NCBI GenBank assembly: GCA_010093745.1
Contig: MU006007.1
Location: forward strand, 1 to 64,000
Length of the DNA: 64,000 nucleotides
Origin: Piedraia hortae CBS 480.64
Taxonomy: Eukaryota
Reading direction: 5' to 3'
Part shown: piece after piece, positions 1 through 9,938 of the stretch
Position numbering within the stretch: position 1 is the stretch's first letter
Layout: every line of letters begins with the position of its first letter
Translations under genes and position numbers: made by a program
Notes under the pieces: model-generated
Told to the model about the DNA's origin: nothing
Database searches by the model: none
The model's input: the letters and a program-made list of their open reading frames with translations, nothing else

Positions 1-196
1 CATACAAATCTCTACGGAAAACTAGTTGACGCGTGAAGTCGAGAGCCGAGCGACGGTTACTAATAATGCGCGTAATATACCGCATATTCACAACAGAAAT
101 GCCAAATGTCACCGGCCCGAGCCGACCCACGATCGGCATGGAGAAGGTTTTGAGGCTGCTAAATGGTGGAATTGTAACCTCCAAATTGTCACAGCT

Positions 197-1750
197 ATGC
201 CGACTCTTCCAAGAGTAGTTCGATCAAGGGGGAATTTACGGTTTTTCTGCGCAAGTAAGAAGACGTTCGCATGCAGAATCGGTCAGCAGCAGCGATGGGC
301 GCATAACCCGGGGTCGAACACCCCCGAAGACCATGGCAATGGTCAACCAAAAGATACAAACTCCCAACAACAACTTAGCCGGACCACGCAGCTAGCCAAT
401 ACCCTCGCTGCAAGTGACACCTCCGATCTCGTCACCCAAGTCCGCATCCCCGACGATCCCGAAGGGATCCTCCATCCCAACCACCCAGCATGGTCCCTAC
501 TCTCTAACAGCAGCCTGGTGATAACCCGGCAACTCGAAATGATGAACGTGATGCTCGGCTTCGAGCAAGCAAACCGGTACACCGTCATGAACGGCCACGG
601 CCAAACAATCGGCTACATCGCAGAACAAGACCACGGGATCGGAACAGCAGTATCAAGACAATTCTTCCGCACTCACCGCAGTTTCACAACACACATCTTC
701 GATGCCCAGGAAAGGGAAGTGTTACGGATACATCGTCCGTTTGCGTACATCAATAGTCGGATAAGGATCTATGACCCTGTGCCTGTGGGTGGATACGGGG
801 AGATGGAGTCTAGTGTTGCGTTGCAGGGTACTTCAACTTCGTCGGTGATTGATCGGGATGCGGTGGCGAGGGTTTCGCCACTGAGGTTGGAAGAAATGAG
901 GATTATTGGGGAGACGCAGCAGCAGTGGGCTCCGCTTAGGAGGAAGTATAATTTGTTTTCGTGCAGGCCGCAGCAGGCGCTTCGGTTGGAAGGGGGTGAC
1001 GTGTCGCAGTCAGATACGACTGCTGTGACGGAGGCGAATGTCCCTGAACAGGCTGTGAAAGGTGGAATGACACAGTTTGCATACGTGGATGAGCCTTTTC
1101 TGTCTTTTGATTTCAGCCTGCGGGCGGAAGGAGGGCAGCTGGTCGGCAGTGTGAATCGCAATTTTGTCGGCTTTGCGAGGGAGTTGTTCACGGATACGGG
1201 GGTTTATGTTCTGCGAATGGACTCTGCGGGCCACGGGGAGGAGGAACCAACGGCTATGACGTTGGATCAGAGAGCTGTTACGCTCGCTACGGCTGTAAGT
1301 ATTGACTTTGACTACTTTTCCCGTCATTCGGGTCATGCTAGTGGTGGGTTTATGCCCTTTTTCTGGCCCATGGGTGGCGGAGCGGCGGAAGGTGCTGCGG
1401 GAGGTGCCGCAGCTGGGGAAGCTGCTGGTGCTGCTGGTGCCGCAGGGGTAGGAGAGGCTGCTGGCGCTGCTGGTGCTCTGGAAGGTGCAGCGGGGACTGT
1501 TGGTCGGGCGGAAGCCGGTGCTGTAGGTGCTGGGACAATGGCTGGATACGAAGCCATGAGACGGTCACAGAATGAGCAACAACCGCCAGACGATGCTAGC
1601 CCTACTAATAATGATCAAGTGTTTGACCAGGATAATCAGGGCTGGGGGGAGCAGCAGCAGCAAGAGGATGTTTGGGAAGAAGATCCCTGGAGCGAAGGTG
1701 GGGGAAATGACGGCGACGGTGAGGGAAGCTGGTGGGATTCGTTCTTTTAG
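197..1750 (+). CDS. Phospholipid scramblase family protein (Aim25-like), probably mitochondrial
   Basis: Scramblase motifs RQLEMMNVMLGFEQANRY, RQFFRTHRSFT, QQWAPLRRKYNLF and LATAVSIDFDYFSRHS. First in-frame ATG I favour is at 197 and gives an Arg-rich, acid-free N-terminus. Gly/Ala-rich and acidic tail. Confidence 0.88.
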   Translation: MPTLPRVVRSRGNLRFFCASKKTFACRIGQQQRWAHNPGSNTPEDHGNGQPKDTNSQQQLSRTTQLANTLAASDTSDLVTQVRIPDDPEGILHPNHPAWSLLSNSSLVITRQLEMMNVMLGFEQANRYTVMNGHGQTIGYIAEQDHGIGTAVSRQFFRTHRSFTTHIFDAQEREVLRIHRPFAYINSRIRIYDPVPVGGYGEMESSVALQGTSTSSVIDRDAVARVSPLRLEEMRIIGETQQQWAPLRRKYNLFSCRPQQALRLEGGDVSQSDTTAVTEANVPEQAVKGGMTQFAYVDEPFLSFDFSLRAEGGQLVGSVNRNFVGFARELFTDTGVYVLRMDSAGHGEEEPTAMTLDQRAVTLATAVSIDFDYFSRHSGHASGGFMPFFWPMGGGAAEGAAGGAAAGEAAGAAGAAGVGEAAGAAGALEGAAGTVGRAEAGAVGAGTMAGYEAMRRSQNEQQPPDDASPTNNDQVFDQDNQGWGEQQQQEDVWEEDPWSEGGGNDGDGEGSWWDSFF

Positions 1751-1921
1751 TCAGTATCACGATGAGGTTTAGAGACATATGTACACTGCTGAAAAATAAA
1801 CGGGATTGACAGTGGACGTCGAATTTAGCTTGATGCGTGACATGCGTCCGTGAACGCCACAGTGGAGCACGTTGACTGAAAACATTACCAAAACACCAAC
1901 AGTCCGGTCTTAGCAGCTATA

Positions 1922-2472
1922 ATGCCCATCAACTCGGTGGCATCGAAACGACTATTTCAAGAGTACAAGCAGCTCACCAATAGCCCACCGGATGGCATCA
2001 CGGCTGGTCCTGTCAATGAGGATGACATTTTTGTATGGGAAGCCCTGATTCAAGGCCCCGAAGGCACACCATACGAAGGCGGGATATTCCCAGCAGAGCT
2101 CAAATTTCCAAAGGACTACCCGCTAATGCCACCGACTATGAAATTTACCTGCGACATATGGCATCCGAATGGTACCCAAGCTAAGCAGTCACTACGATTG
2201 AGATGCTGATTGTGGCAGTATATCCCAATGGTGAAGTGTGCATTTCCATCCTTCACGCACCCGGAGACGATCCAAACCATTATGAATCGGCCTCTGAGCG
2301 TTGGAGCCCCATTCAGAGCGTGGAGAAGATATTGATTTCAGTCATGAGCATGATTGCCGAGCCCAATGACGAGAGCCCTGCCAACGTGGACGCGGCCCGT
2401 ATGTGGAGGGAACAACGGCGTGAATATGACGCAAAGGTGCGGGAAGAGGTGAGAAGAAACCTAGGGCTGTAG
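1922..2472 (+). CDS. UBC7: Ubiquitin-conjugating enzyme E2, Ubc7/UBE2G2 type; intron 2172-2218
   Basis: Splicing out GTACCC...GCTGAT...GCAG joins two ORFs into [23 protein letters not shown]...[17 protein letters not shown], with the catalytic Cys and the Ubc7-type acidic loop. Confidence 0.95.
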
Positions 2473-2591
2473 GGTTAGTCGAGTGTTTGCTACGGCGGGG
2501 CTGTGGAATTTGACCGCCCGCCCCGTGTGGGGAAATGCGCCCCTCCCCCCCCGCGCTGTTGACACTTTTGATACCAAGACAGGCAGTTGCC

Positions 2592-4319
2592 ATGGGTCTT
2601 CTCAAACACCTTCGCAGCAGAACCAATCTGCGCAATGCCCACTCTCCCCCAGCTCCGACGTTCTACCAATACCAAGGTCGTGACTACACCAGGGAGCTTC
2701 CAGACAAAGTGTTGGAGGCCATATTCGCTTATGTTTGCCCCCACACTCAGGATTTCGGCTATGAGTCCTCTGAGCGGAGCCAGATCGGCGAGGGATGCAT
2801 GCTGTGTGATTTGCGCGATCTTGCATCCTGCGCAAAACAGTGTAAGAAGTGGTATGCCATTGCGCAGCGTTTGCTCTACACGAGTGTGAGGATTGATGCC
2901 GTTCATTTCTGCGCCCTGGAAGAGGAGCTGGCCGAGAAAAGGAAAAAGTCTGTCAAGCACTTCCGCAAGAACAGTTCACTCGTCGAACCGGGCGAGGTTC
3001 CTGCTGCGCGCCTATCCCTTCTCTGTAGGACAGTGCGTGCGAACGATCAGCTGGCGCATCAAGTGTTGCTTCTCAAGCTCCCTTATATGACTAGAGAAAC
3101 ATGTAAGGGTGATCTGGCTCGCACAGTGGCTGCTTTGCCGAACCTGCGATATGTAGACCTGCCAGATGAGTTCTTTACAGGCGACCCAAACTGTCTACCG
3201 CTTCGGCAGGAGGTTCAAACAAATTGTCCGAATATAAGACGGATGAGCTACAAGAAAGGAAGTGAGGAGTATTTGCAAATGCTTGCTCGTCCGCACTGGA
3301 AGAGGCTGGAGGTTCTGGAGCTCCAAGGGCTCGCAGTCGAACCGTCAATCGTGCGTATAGTCCTTGCCAGCTTGGCAAATCTTCGATCACTTACCTTGTC
3401 AAATCTACCCTGGTTGGACGATGAGATATTTCGGGATGCCGGTCTTCCCGCTTTTCCTCCTTTGCAAGACCTCACGCTGAAAGTCACGCCCAACGTCACA
3501 GCTCAGGGCCTTGTGACTTATCTGGAAACATCACGGAATCGAGAGACGTTGGTACGTCTGTCACTCGAAGAAACTGGTGTTTTGGTTACGGAGCTGAACC
3601 AAGTTCTATGGGCAGCATCACAACTTCGACATCTCTCGGTTCAGGAGACGGTTTCCAAATCTCTTACCCTTACCATGTCCCAGCTTCCACCCCTAGCTTC
3701 TATCAGTCTCAAAACGCTGCATTACGAGATTACCAGTGCCGAAGACGTGCACAGCTTGCAAAAACCGGCAGAAAGCTACTACGCTTACCTCATATCCTCA
3801 CTGCACCAAAATGCATTGCCAGGGCTACAGTCGGTCTTTGTCCGTGACCCAAATTTCGCCGAGCTTCTAGTGTTACCCGCACCTCCTGGCGAGAAAGCCA
3901 AGGCCGGTCCATCAGGAGGTATGGCCCAGACATTGGAAGTTTTCTCCAAGGGCATCGACGAGCTGGAATGGGTATTCTCCCTCATCAGGCCACCGCCTCC
4001 CTCTGGAAATAATGGGTCCACGATGAACCGTGGTTCGATGGCAGGCGGTCGACCGTTGTCAGCCTATTCAGCGTCACGTGGTCTCGGTCCTCAGTGGTCC
4101 CATGGCGGCTTCGGAGGTGAAGCTCGCAAGTCGGTCGTTGTTGGCAACGGATTTGGGGGTTTCCTTGCCGTGCCGCAGGAAGAAATGCCCCGTCCCAGGA
4201 CGGCGGATAGCTCAAAGTCTGGAAGCTCTCGTCGTTCGCTCAGCACCAGCTTCTTGAAGCCGCCTACAGAAGGTTTTCATCATGAGAGGAGGCAGAGTAG
4301 ACATGACCTTTGGCGGTGA
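2592..4319 (+). CDS. F-box/leucine-rich-repeat (RNI-like) protein
   Basis: F-box-like ELPDKVLEAIF...DLASCAKQCKKWY followed by LxxLxL repeats. Likely start is MGLLKHLR at 2592; the ORF is open from 2535. Confidence 0.75.
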   Translation: MGLLKHLRSRTNLRNAHSPPAPTFYQYQGRDYTRELPDKVLEAIFAYVCPHTQDFGYESSERSQIGEGCMLCDLRDLASCAKQCKKWYAIAQRLLYTSVRIDAVHFCALEEELAEKRKKSVKHFRKNSSLVEPGEVPAARLSLLCRTVRANDQLAHQVLLLKLPYMTRETCKGDLARTVAALPNLRYVDLPDEFFTGDPNCLPLRQEVQTNCPNIRRMSYKKGSEEYLQMLARPHWKRLEVLELQGLAVEPSIVRIVLASLANLRSLTLSNLPWLDDEIFRDAGLPAFPPLQDLTLKVTPNVTAQGLVTYLETSRNRETLVRLSLEETGVLVTELNQVLWAASQLRHLSVQETVSKSLTLTMSQLPPLASISLKTLHYEITSAEDVHSLQKPAESYYAYLISSLHQNALPGLQSVFVRDPNFAELLVLPAPPGEKAKAGPSGGMAQTLEVFSKGIDELEWVFSLIRPPPPSGNNGSTMNRGSMAGGRPLSAYSASRGLGPQWSHGGFGGEARKSVVVGNGFGGFLAVPQEEMPRPRTADSSKSGSSRRSLSTSFLKPPTEGFHHERRQSRHDLWR

Positions 4320-4559
4320 GCCGGTTGTAATTGTAACGCCATTTCTCTTTTCGTTTGGTTGTTCTTGGGGTGGCACAGAACCGTAGTTCGTTAATGAAAT
4401 ACCCATATAAAACTTTCTGTGAGCCTTTTTGCCAAGTCTTGCCAAGTCCACTATGATAAAGACTCACAATGAACTGTTTTGGGACAAATTCGAAACTTCA
4501 GCCAAGCCGTATCTCCTACCACTTGCACTGCCCCTGGCGTCTCTTCTCCCATATAATAT

Positions 4560-5480
4560 CTACTCCCAAAGAACAACACACCCATCCCCCCCTGCCGACG
4601 CCCAAATCTTCCCTTCCTCACACCACTTCACATCCGCCACAACGCTCTCCCTCCCCTTCCCCTCTTCCGTATGCCTTACCCTCCCCCTCCCCTCTCCCGT
4701 CACTACATCCCAAACAAAAACCTCGCCATCCTCCGCCCCTGCAATCACAACCTGATCCTGCATCCCAAACGTCGACCTCACCCTATACTTCTCATTCGTA
4801 TACCCCCCACCCCCAAAAAAACGCTCACACCCCCCCGTCCCCCTACTCATCACCCTAACCCCCCCTCCAAGACACGAAACAAGATACCTCCCCCCGCTTT
4901 CATCAAGGCTAACACACATAACCCCCCCGGCAGGGTCAACCGTATCAATCACACACCTCCCTCCGCGTAGATCATAGATCCTCACCCTCCCATCAAGACT
5001 CCCCACCAGCACCTCCCTCTGCGCGGCAGCGAGACTCGTAACCCCATCTTTTGCATCCGCTAAGCTCGCAACCGGCCGCGTATCATGCGATTTCAAATCC
5101 CAGAACTTAGCCGTCCCATCTTGTGACCCCGATGCGGCGAGGGAGGCGGCTTCCCCACAGAAGAGTGTGGAGTTGATTGTGCCCGGGTGGGCGAGGATTC
5201 GACGGAGGGGGGATGCGGTCGCGACGTCGGTGAGTTGGAGGGCTTTGTCGGTTCCGGCGGAGAGGAGGAGGGTGTTTGAGGGGGAGATGGAGACGGTTAG
5301 GATTGCGGAATTGTGGGTTGGAAGGGTTTGGATTAGGGATTGGCGGAGTGTGTTGTAGAGACGTAGTTTGCCATCTTGGCTTCCAGTTAGGAGGTATTGG
5401 CCTGTTGAGGTGAAGGAGATGGTGTGGACTGCAGTAGGGTGATGGAGGCGGGTGAGGGGGGTTGTTGGGAAGGTGGTCAT
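4560..5480 (-). CDS. WD40 repeat protein, MORG1/WDR83-like
   Basis: About 306 aa of WD repeats (LLTGSQDGKLRLY, ASGSQDGTAKFWD, GSLDGRVRIYDLR, AGAEDGEVFVWD). Size and the YRVRSTF segment fit WDR83. Confidence 0.8.
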   Translation of the reverse strand: MTTFPTTPLTRLHHPTAVHTISFTSTGQYLLTGSQDGKLRLYNTLRQSLIQTLPTHNSAILTVSISPSNTLLLSAGTDKALQLTDVATASPLRRILAHPGTINSTLFCGEAASLAASGSQDGTAKFWDLKSHDTRPVASLADAKDGVTSLAAAQREVLVGSLDGRVRIYDLRGGRCVIDTVDPAGGVMCVSLDESGGRYLVSCLGGGVRVMSRGTGGCERFFGGGGYTNEKYRVRSTFGMQDQVVIAGAEDGEVFVWDVVTGEGRGRVRHTEEGKGRESVVADVKWCEEGKIWASAGGDGCVVLWE

Positions 5481-5627
5481 ATTTGAGTGGTTGATGGATG
5501 GTTGGTGGATGGTTGGTGGATGGTTGAGAATGTGTACACTTTTACAGCTATGAATCAAACCCACAAGCGACAAGAAAGTAGTCTGCACGCGTACGCGCAA
5601 CGTATTACAACCCCCACGTGTTTTCCA

Positions 5628-6904
5628 TTAGCGGCGGCTGCCGCGTAAAGATGCCGCGCCTTGGAGACGCTCGACTTCGGCTTCGAGGGCCTTGATGGCC
5701 GCGTGGCTAGTTTCCAAATCGCGGTTGAGACGGTCGCGCTCGGCGATGAGCTTCTGCTCCCACTGGCGGAAACGCTGCTCCTCCACCTTGACTTGCTCAG
5801 TGAAGCGCTTGCGCAGCGCCTCTTCCTCTTCGCGGAATTTGGGATTGTCCAGCTTCCGCGGCCGTGCCTCGCCAAACTTCCGTGTTTCCATCTGCTGCGC
5901 ACGGTACATTTCGTAATGGTTCTCCTCCGTCATATGGATGAGGTCCAGCATGTGAGTGCGGATGAGGATTGCGCGCAACTTCTTAAAGTCGCAGTGCTCT
6001 TCATTCTCCACTTCAGCAACACCCCAATCGTACTGACGACCCTTGACCGTGCGTCCGTCCACATTAACATCCGTTTCGGAGCCAATGACGGCAAAGGGCA
6101 TCGACGAGATGAGCGTGCGAGCGTGCTGCAATCCGGCTTCATCATCTTCCTCGAGCGGGGGCCTGTAGACCTTGATGCCCTGAGCATCGATGACAGCATT
6201 GATCTGGCACAGTCAGCACGACGATCCAGCTACAACGACTTAGCCTACCTTTTGCTTGAAACGAGCGAGGTCATAAGGCGTAAGGGTATCAGCCTTGGCA
6301 ATCACTGGGATCAGGTTGACACGAGTGGATAGACGCTTCATCACCTCAATGTCCAAGGGCTTGAGCGTATGGCCAGTGGGACGGATAAAGTAGAGACAGG
6401 CGTGCACGCGGAGGTCGATCTTGTCAGTCCGGCGTGGCTGCTGCTCCTGGAGCATGTAGCTTTCGTGCTGATCGTCCAAGAACTCGATAATGGGCTGCCA
6501 CCCGTCGCGGTTGTCCACGTAATCACCGAACCCGGGCGTGTCAATGACCGTCAGACGCACCTTGAAGAAGCGCTCCTCGAGCTCCGCCTTGGTAATATCG
6601 ATCTCGACTGTCTTTTGCGTCTGCCTGCTATGACGACGACGGTTGTCGGCGTAGCCTTTGATTGTGGTGGAGAAGAGCGTGTTCACAAACGTCGTCTTTC
6701 CAAGGCCGGACTCGCCAGCTACCATGATAGTAAAAGAAGCGCCGCGCTTGGCGACGATCTTGTGGCGTTGATTTGGGAGCTGGACGGGTCAGCAACGGAT
6801 TGTGTCGGGAGATCCGGACTCACGTTGGCAATCCCAATGGGACCACCGAGCACTTCTCGACCTTCCATGTCTCCCATGCTCTTGCCCGACATATTGGGGT
6901 TCAT
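5628..6904 (-). CDS. CDC12: Septin, Cdc12/AspC type; introns 6780-6823 and 6204-6248
   Basis: GIANLPNQRHKIVAKRG, P-loop GESGLGKTT, DTPGFGD, AKADT, GRQYDWGVAEVEN and a C-terminal coiled coil FTEQVKVEEQRFRQWEQ. Both introns are GT-AG with GCTGAC branch sites. Start ATG is uncertain. Confidence 0.92.
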
Positions 6905-6995
6905 CAGAGCTTCAGTAGACACGGGGCGTCGAAGGTGGAGGGCGTTTGGGAGAAGGTGAGGTTACCCTGTGCCAAGGATTAGCGGTTGGGGCCAC

Positions 6996-7023
6996 CGTTA
7001 GCGCACGTTAGCGCACGTTAGCG
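6996..7023. repeat. 10-bp tandem repeat (CGTTAGCGCA x about 2.8) in the septin/PWP2 divergent promoter
   Basis: cgttagcgca cgttagcgca cgttagcg read directly from the sequence. Confidence 0.9.
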
Positions 7024-7055
7024 TGGCGGCAGCTGCCGCGTTTTGTGGGGAAGTC

Positions 7056-7064
7056 GAAATTTTT
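7056..7064 (+). promoter_or_regulatory. RRPE-like motif (GAAATTTTT) upstream of PWP2
   Basis: Resembles the RRPE element of ribosome-biogenesis promoters and lies about 55 bp before the ATG of a ribosome-biogenesis gene. Confidence 0.45.
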
Positions 7065-7117
7065 GGCTGTATCAGCACATTCGGGCAACATTCTGCGATA
7101 TATCATGACCATTTAAT

Positions 7118-9658
7118 ATGAAGACCGACTTCAAGTTTACAAATCTCCTCGGAACAGTCTACAGAACCGGAAATCTGGTATACACCCAGGACGGCACATG
7201 CCTGCTATCGCCTGTGGGGAATCGAGTGACTGTGTTCGATCTCATAAATAGCCGATCCCACACACTACCAGTTGCACACAGACAAAACGTATCTCGAATT
7301 GCGCTCCATCCCAATGGACAGCTGCTGTTGACGGTCGATGAAGGAGGATATGCCATTTTGAGTCACTTCCGGAGACGTATTGTGCTGTACAACTTCTCGC
7401 TTAAATCTCCGGTATCATCGCTCGTCTTCTCCCCATGCGGAGCTTACTTTGCTGTTGCCCTGGGCCGCAAGGTAGAAGTTTGGAAAACGCCGTCTACTCC
7501 TGGTTCACAGGTAGACGGCGAGGATGGTCTCGAATTTGCGCCATTTGTTCGTCATAGGACGTACGTTGGCCACCACGACACGGTGCAAAGCCTGGAATGG
7601 AGTCAAGACTCCAGATTCTTCCTTTCTGCGAGCAGAGATCTGACTGGTCGCATCTGGAGCCTCGATCCAGAAGAGGGTTTTACACCTACCGTTCTTGGAG
7701 GTCACCGAACGGCAGTCTATGCGGCCTGGTTCAGCCAAGACCAAGAAACCATTTACACTATTTCGAAAGATGGCGCCTTATTTCAATGGCGGTATACGCT
7801 ACCGCCTGGTGCTGACGAGATGAGCGACGAAGATGAACGATGGAGAATTGTCGATCGACACTACTTTTTCCAAGATCAAGCCAAGGTAACCGCAGCTGCT
7901 TTCCATGCAGCATCCAACTTGCTCGTCACCGGCTTCTCCAATGGGCTGTTCATGCTGCATGAATTACCCAACTTTGGCGAAATTCACAAACTCTCCATCT
8001 CAGCATCGCATGTTGATGCAATCTCCATCAATCGAACAGGAGAATGGCTCGCATTTGGTTCATCTGCACTCGGCCAGTTGCTGGTCTGGGAATGGCAATC
8101 TGAATCATACATTCTCAAGCAGCAGGGTCATTTTGACTCGTTGAACACACTGACCTACAGCCCCAATGGAGACCGTATCATCACCTGTGCCGACGATGGC
8201 AAGGTCAAGGTGTGGGATCCATCGTCAGGCTTCTGTGTAGTCACTTTTACAGAACACACGTCTGGTGTAACGGCTTGTGAGTTTGCCCATCGAGGCAATG
8301 TGCTCTTTACCGCCTCACTCGACGGCAGCGTAAGGGCGTTCGATCTCATCCGTTACCGCTGTTTTCGCACATTTACTGCACCCAAGAGGTTGAGCTTTAG
8401 CTCCCTTGCCATTGACAGCTCAGGCATCACGGTGGCAGCCGGCAGTTTGGACGACTTTGATATCCATCTGTGGAATGTGCAGACTGGCCAATTAGTTGAT
8501 CGACTTTCCGGCCACGAAGGGCCTGTCTCGACCTTGTGTTTTGCACCCGATGATCAGCTGGTGTCTGGTTCATGGGATCGTACTGTACGACTATGGAGCA
8601 TCTACTCACGCACTCAATCCTCGGAGCAGCTTCAATTGCAATCAGATGTGTTATGTGTTAGCGTACGACCAGACGGCAAGCAGCTGGCCGTCTCCACCCT
8701 CGATGGCCAGCTTACATTCTGGTCGATCAGCGAAGCTACTCAAGAAGCCGGTGTGGATGGACGACGCGATATCTCGGGCGGTCGTACCATGTCAGACCGG
8801 CGCACAGCTGCCAATGCGGCTGGAACCAAGAGCTTCAATACTATCAAGTACAGTGCCGATGGAGGTGTCATTCTTGCTGGAGGGAATAGCAAGTACATAT
8901 GTCTCTATTCCGTGGAGACTGGTGTCTTGCTTCATAAATACACAGTCAGCGTCAACCTGGGGCTACAGGGCACACAGGAGTTTTTGAATTCCAAGTTGCT
9001 AACAGAGGCGGGACCACGAGGGTTGATAGACGAGACAGGCGAGGCATCAGATCTAGAAGATCGACTGAATCGAAAATTACCAGGCTCTAAGCGTGGGGAT
9101 GCGGCGCAGCGGAAGACAGCTGCCACTGTGCGGGTATCAGACGTTGCATTCTCCCCTACCGGGCGAGAGTTCTGCGCAGCAAGCACGGAAGGACTTCTGC
9201 TATACGGGCTCGAAATGGGCGTACAGTTTGATCCATTCGATCTTGACGTAGACATTACGCCGGCCAACACCAGGACATCGCTGAAACAGCGAGAATGGCT
9301 CAAAGCATTAGCCATGGCCTTCCGCCTTAACGACAAGCATCTCATCATCACAGTCTATCGCAGTGTACCTACGAACGACGTTCCAGCGGTCGTTCGAGAT
9401 CTGCCAGATGTGTATCTGGAACGCATGGTACGCCTCATTGCGGAGGAAACACAAACGTCACGACATGTGCAGTTTAATCTCATCTGGCTGGAAGCTCTCG
9501 TGAGGTTAAAAGGAGCCATCCTGAAAGCTAAACGTAACGACTACGGCTCCGCTGTGCGTCTGCTTCAGAAATCTCTCGATCGTGTCGATGAATTTATGAA
9601 GCTTGCAGACGCGAATTGCAATAACATAGACTATTTGCTTGTGCAGCCAGTGGCGTAG
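7118..9658 (+). CDS. PWP2: Periodic tryptophan protein 2 (SSU processome Utp1), intronless
   Basis: MKTDFKFTNLLGTVYR, GQLLVWEWQSESYILKQQGH, SLDGSVRAFDLIRYR and FDPFDLDVDITP. Confidence 0.97.
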   Translation: MKTDFKFTNLLGTVYRTGNLVYTQDGTCLLSPVGNRVTVFDLINSRSHTLPVAHRQNVSRIALHPNGQLLLTVDEGGYAILSHFRRRIVLYNFSLKSPVSSLVFSPCGAYFAVALGRKVEVWKTPSTPGSQVDGEDGLEFAPFVRHRTYVGHHDTVQSLEWSQDSRFFLSASRDLTGRIWSLDPEEGFTPTVLGGHRTAVYAAWFSQDQETIYTISKDGALFQWRYTLPPGADEMSDEDERWRIVDRHYFFQDQAKVTAAAFHAASNLLVTGFSNGLFMLHELPNFGEIHKLSISASHVDAISINRTGEWLAFGSSALGQLLVWEWQSESYILKQQGHFDSLNTLTYSPNGDRIITCADDGKVKVWDPSSGFCVVTFTEHTSGVTACEFAHRGNVLFTASLDGSVRAFDLIRYRCFRTFTAPKRLSFSSLAIDSSGITVAAGSLDDFDIHLWNVQTGQLVDRLSGHEGPVSTLCFAPDDQLVSGSWDRTVRLWSIYSRTQSSEQLQLQSDVLCVSVRPDGKQLAVSTLDGQLTFWSISEATQEAGVDGRRDISGGRTMSDRRTAANAAGTKSFNTIKYSADGGVILAGGNSKYICLYSVETGVLLHKYTVSVNLGLQGTQEFLNSKLLTEAGPRGLIDETGEASDLEDRLNRKLPGSKRGDAAQRKTAATVRVSDVAFSPTGREFCAASTEGLLLYGLEMGVQFDPFDLDVDITPANTRTSLKQREWLKALAMAFRLNDKHLIITVYRSVPTNDVPAVVRDLPDVYLERMVRLIAEETQTSRHVQFNLIWLEALVRLKGAILKAKRNDYGSAVRLLQKSLDRVDEFMKLADANCNNIDYLLVQPVA

Positions 9659-9938
9659 TGCTGTACATTGGGTATCTATGTACATAATTCTAGATTACGC
9701 TTGCTCTTAACGACGTCAGTTGACGATTGTCAATATGACACCAGCATATGGCCCTGGCAGAGTGAAGGCATCTAGTATCGCGGCCGGGCTTGTGTTTTGT
9801 TCACCACAACATCCTTCGTCATTGGGATCACGGAGGCGGATCTACCCGATCTGATCTCTGTCGGACAACGGGCATGACAATCGTTTCCATGCGAGTGCGA
9901 TTGACCTGAGAGTGTAGAGAAATCAATAGCCTGTACCG

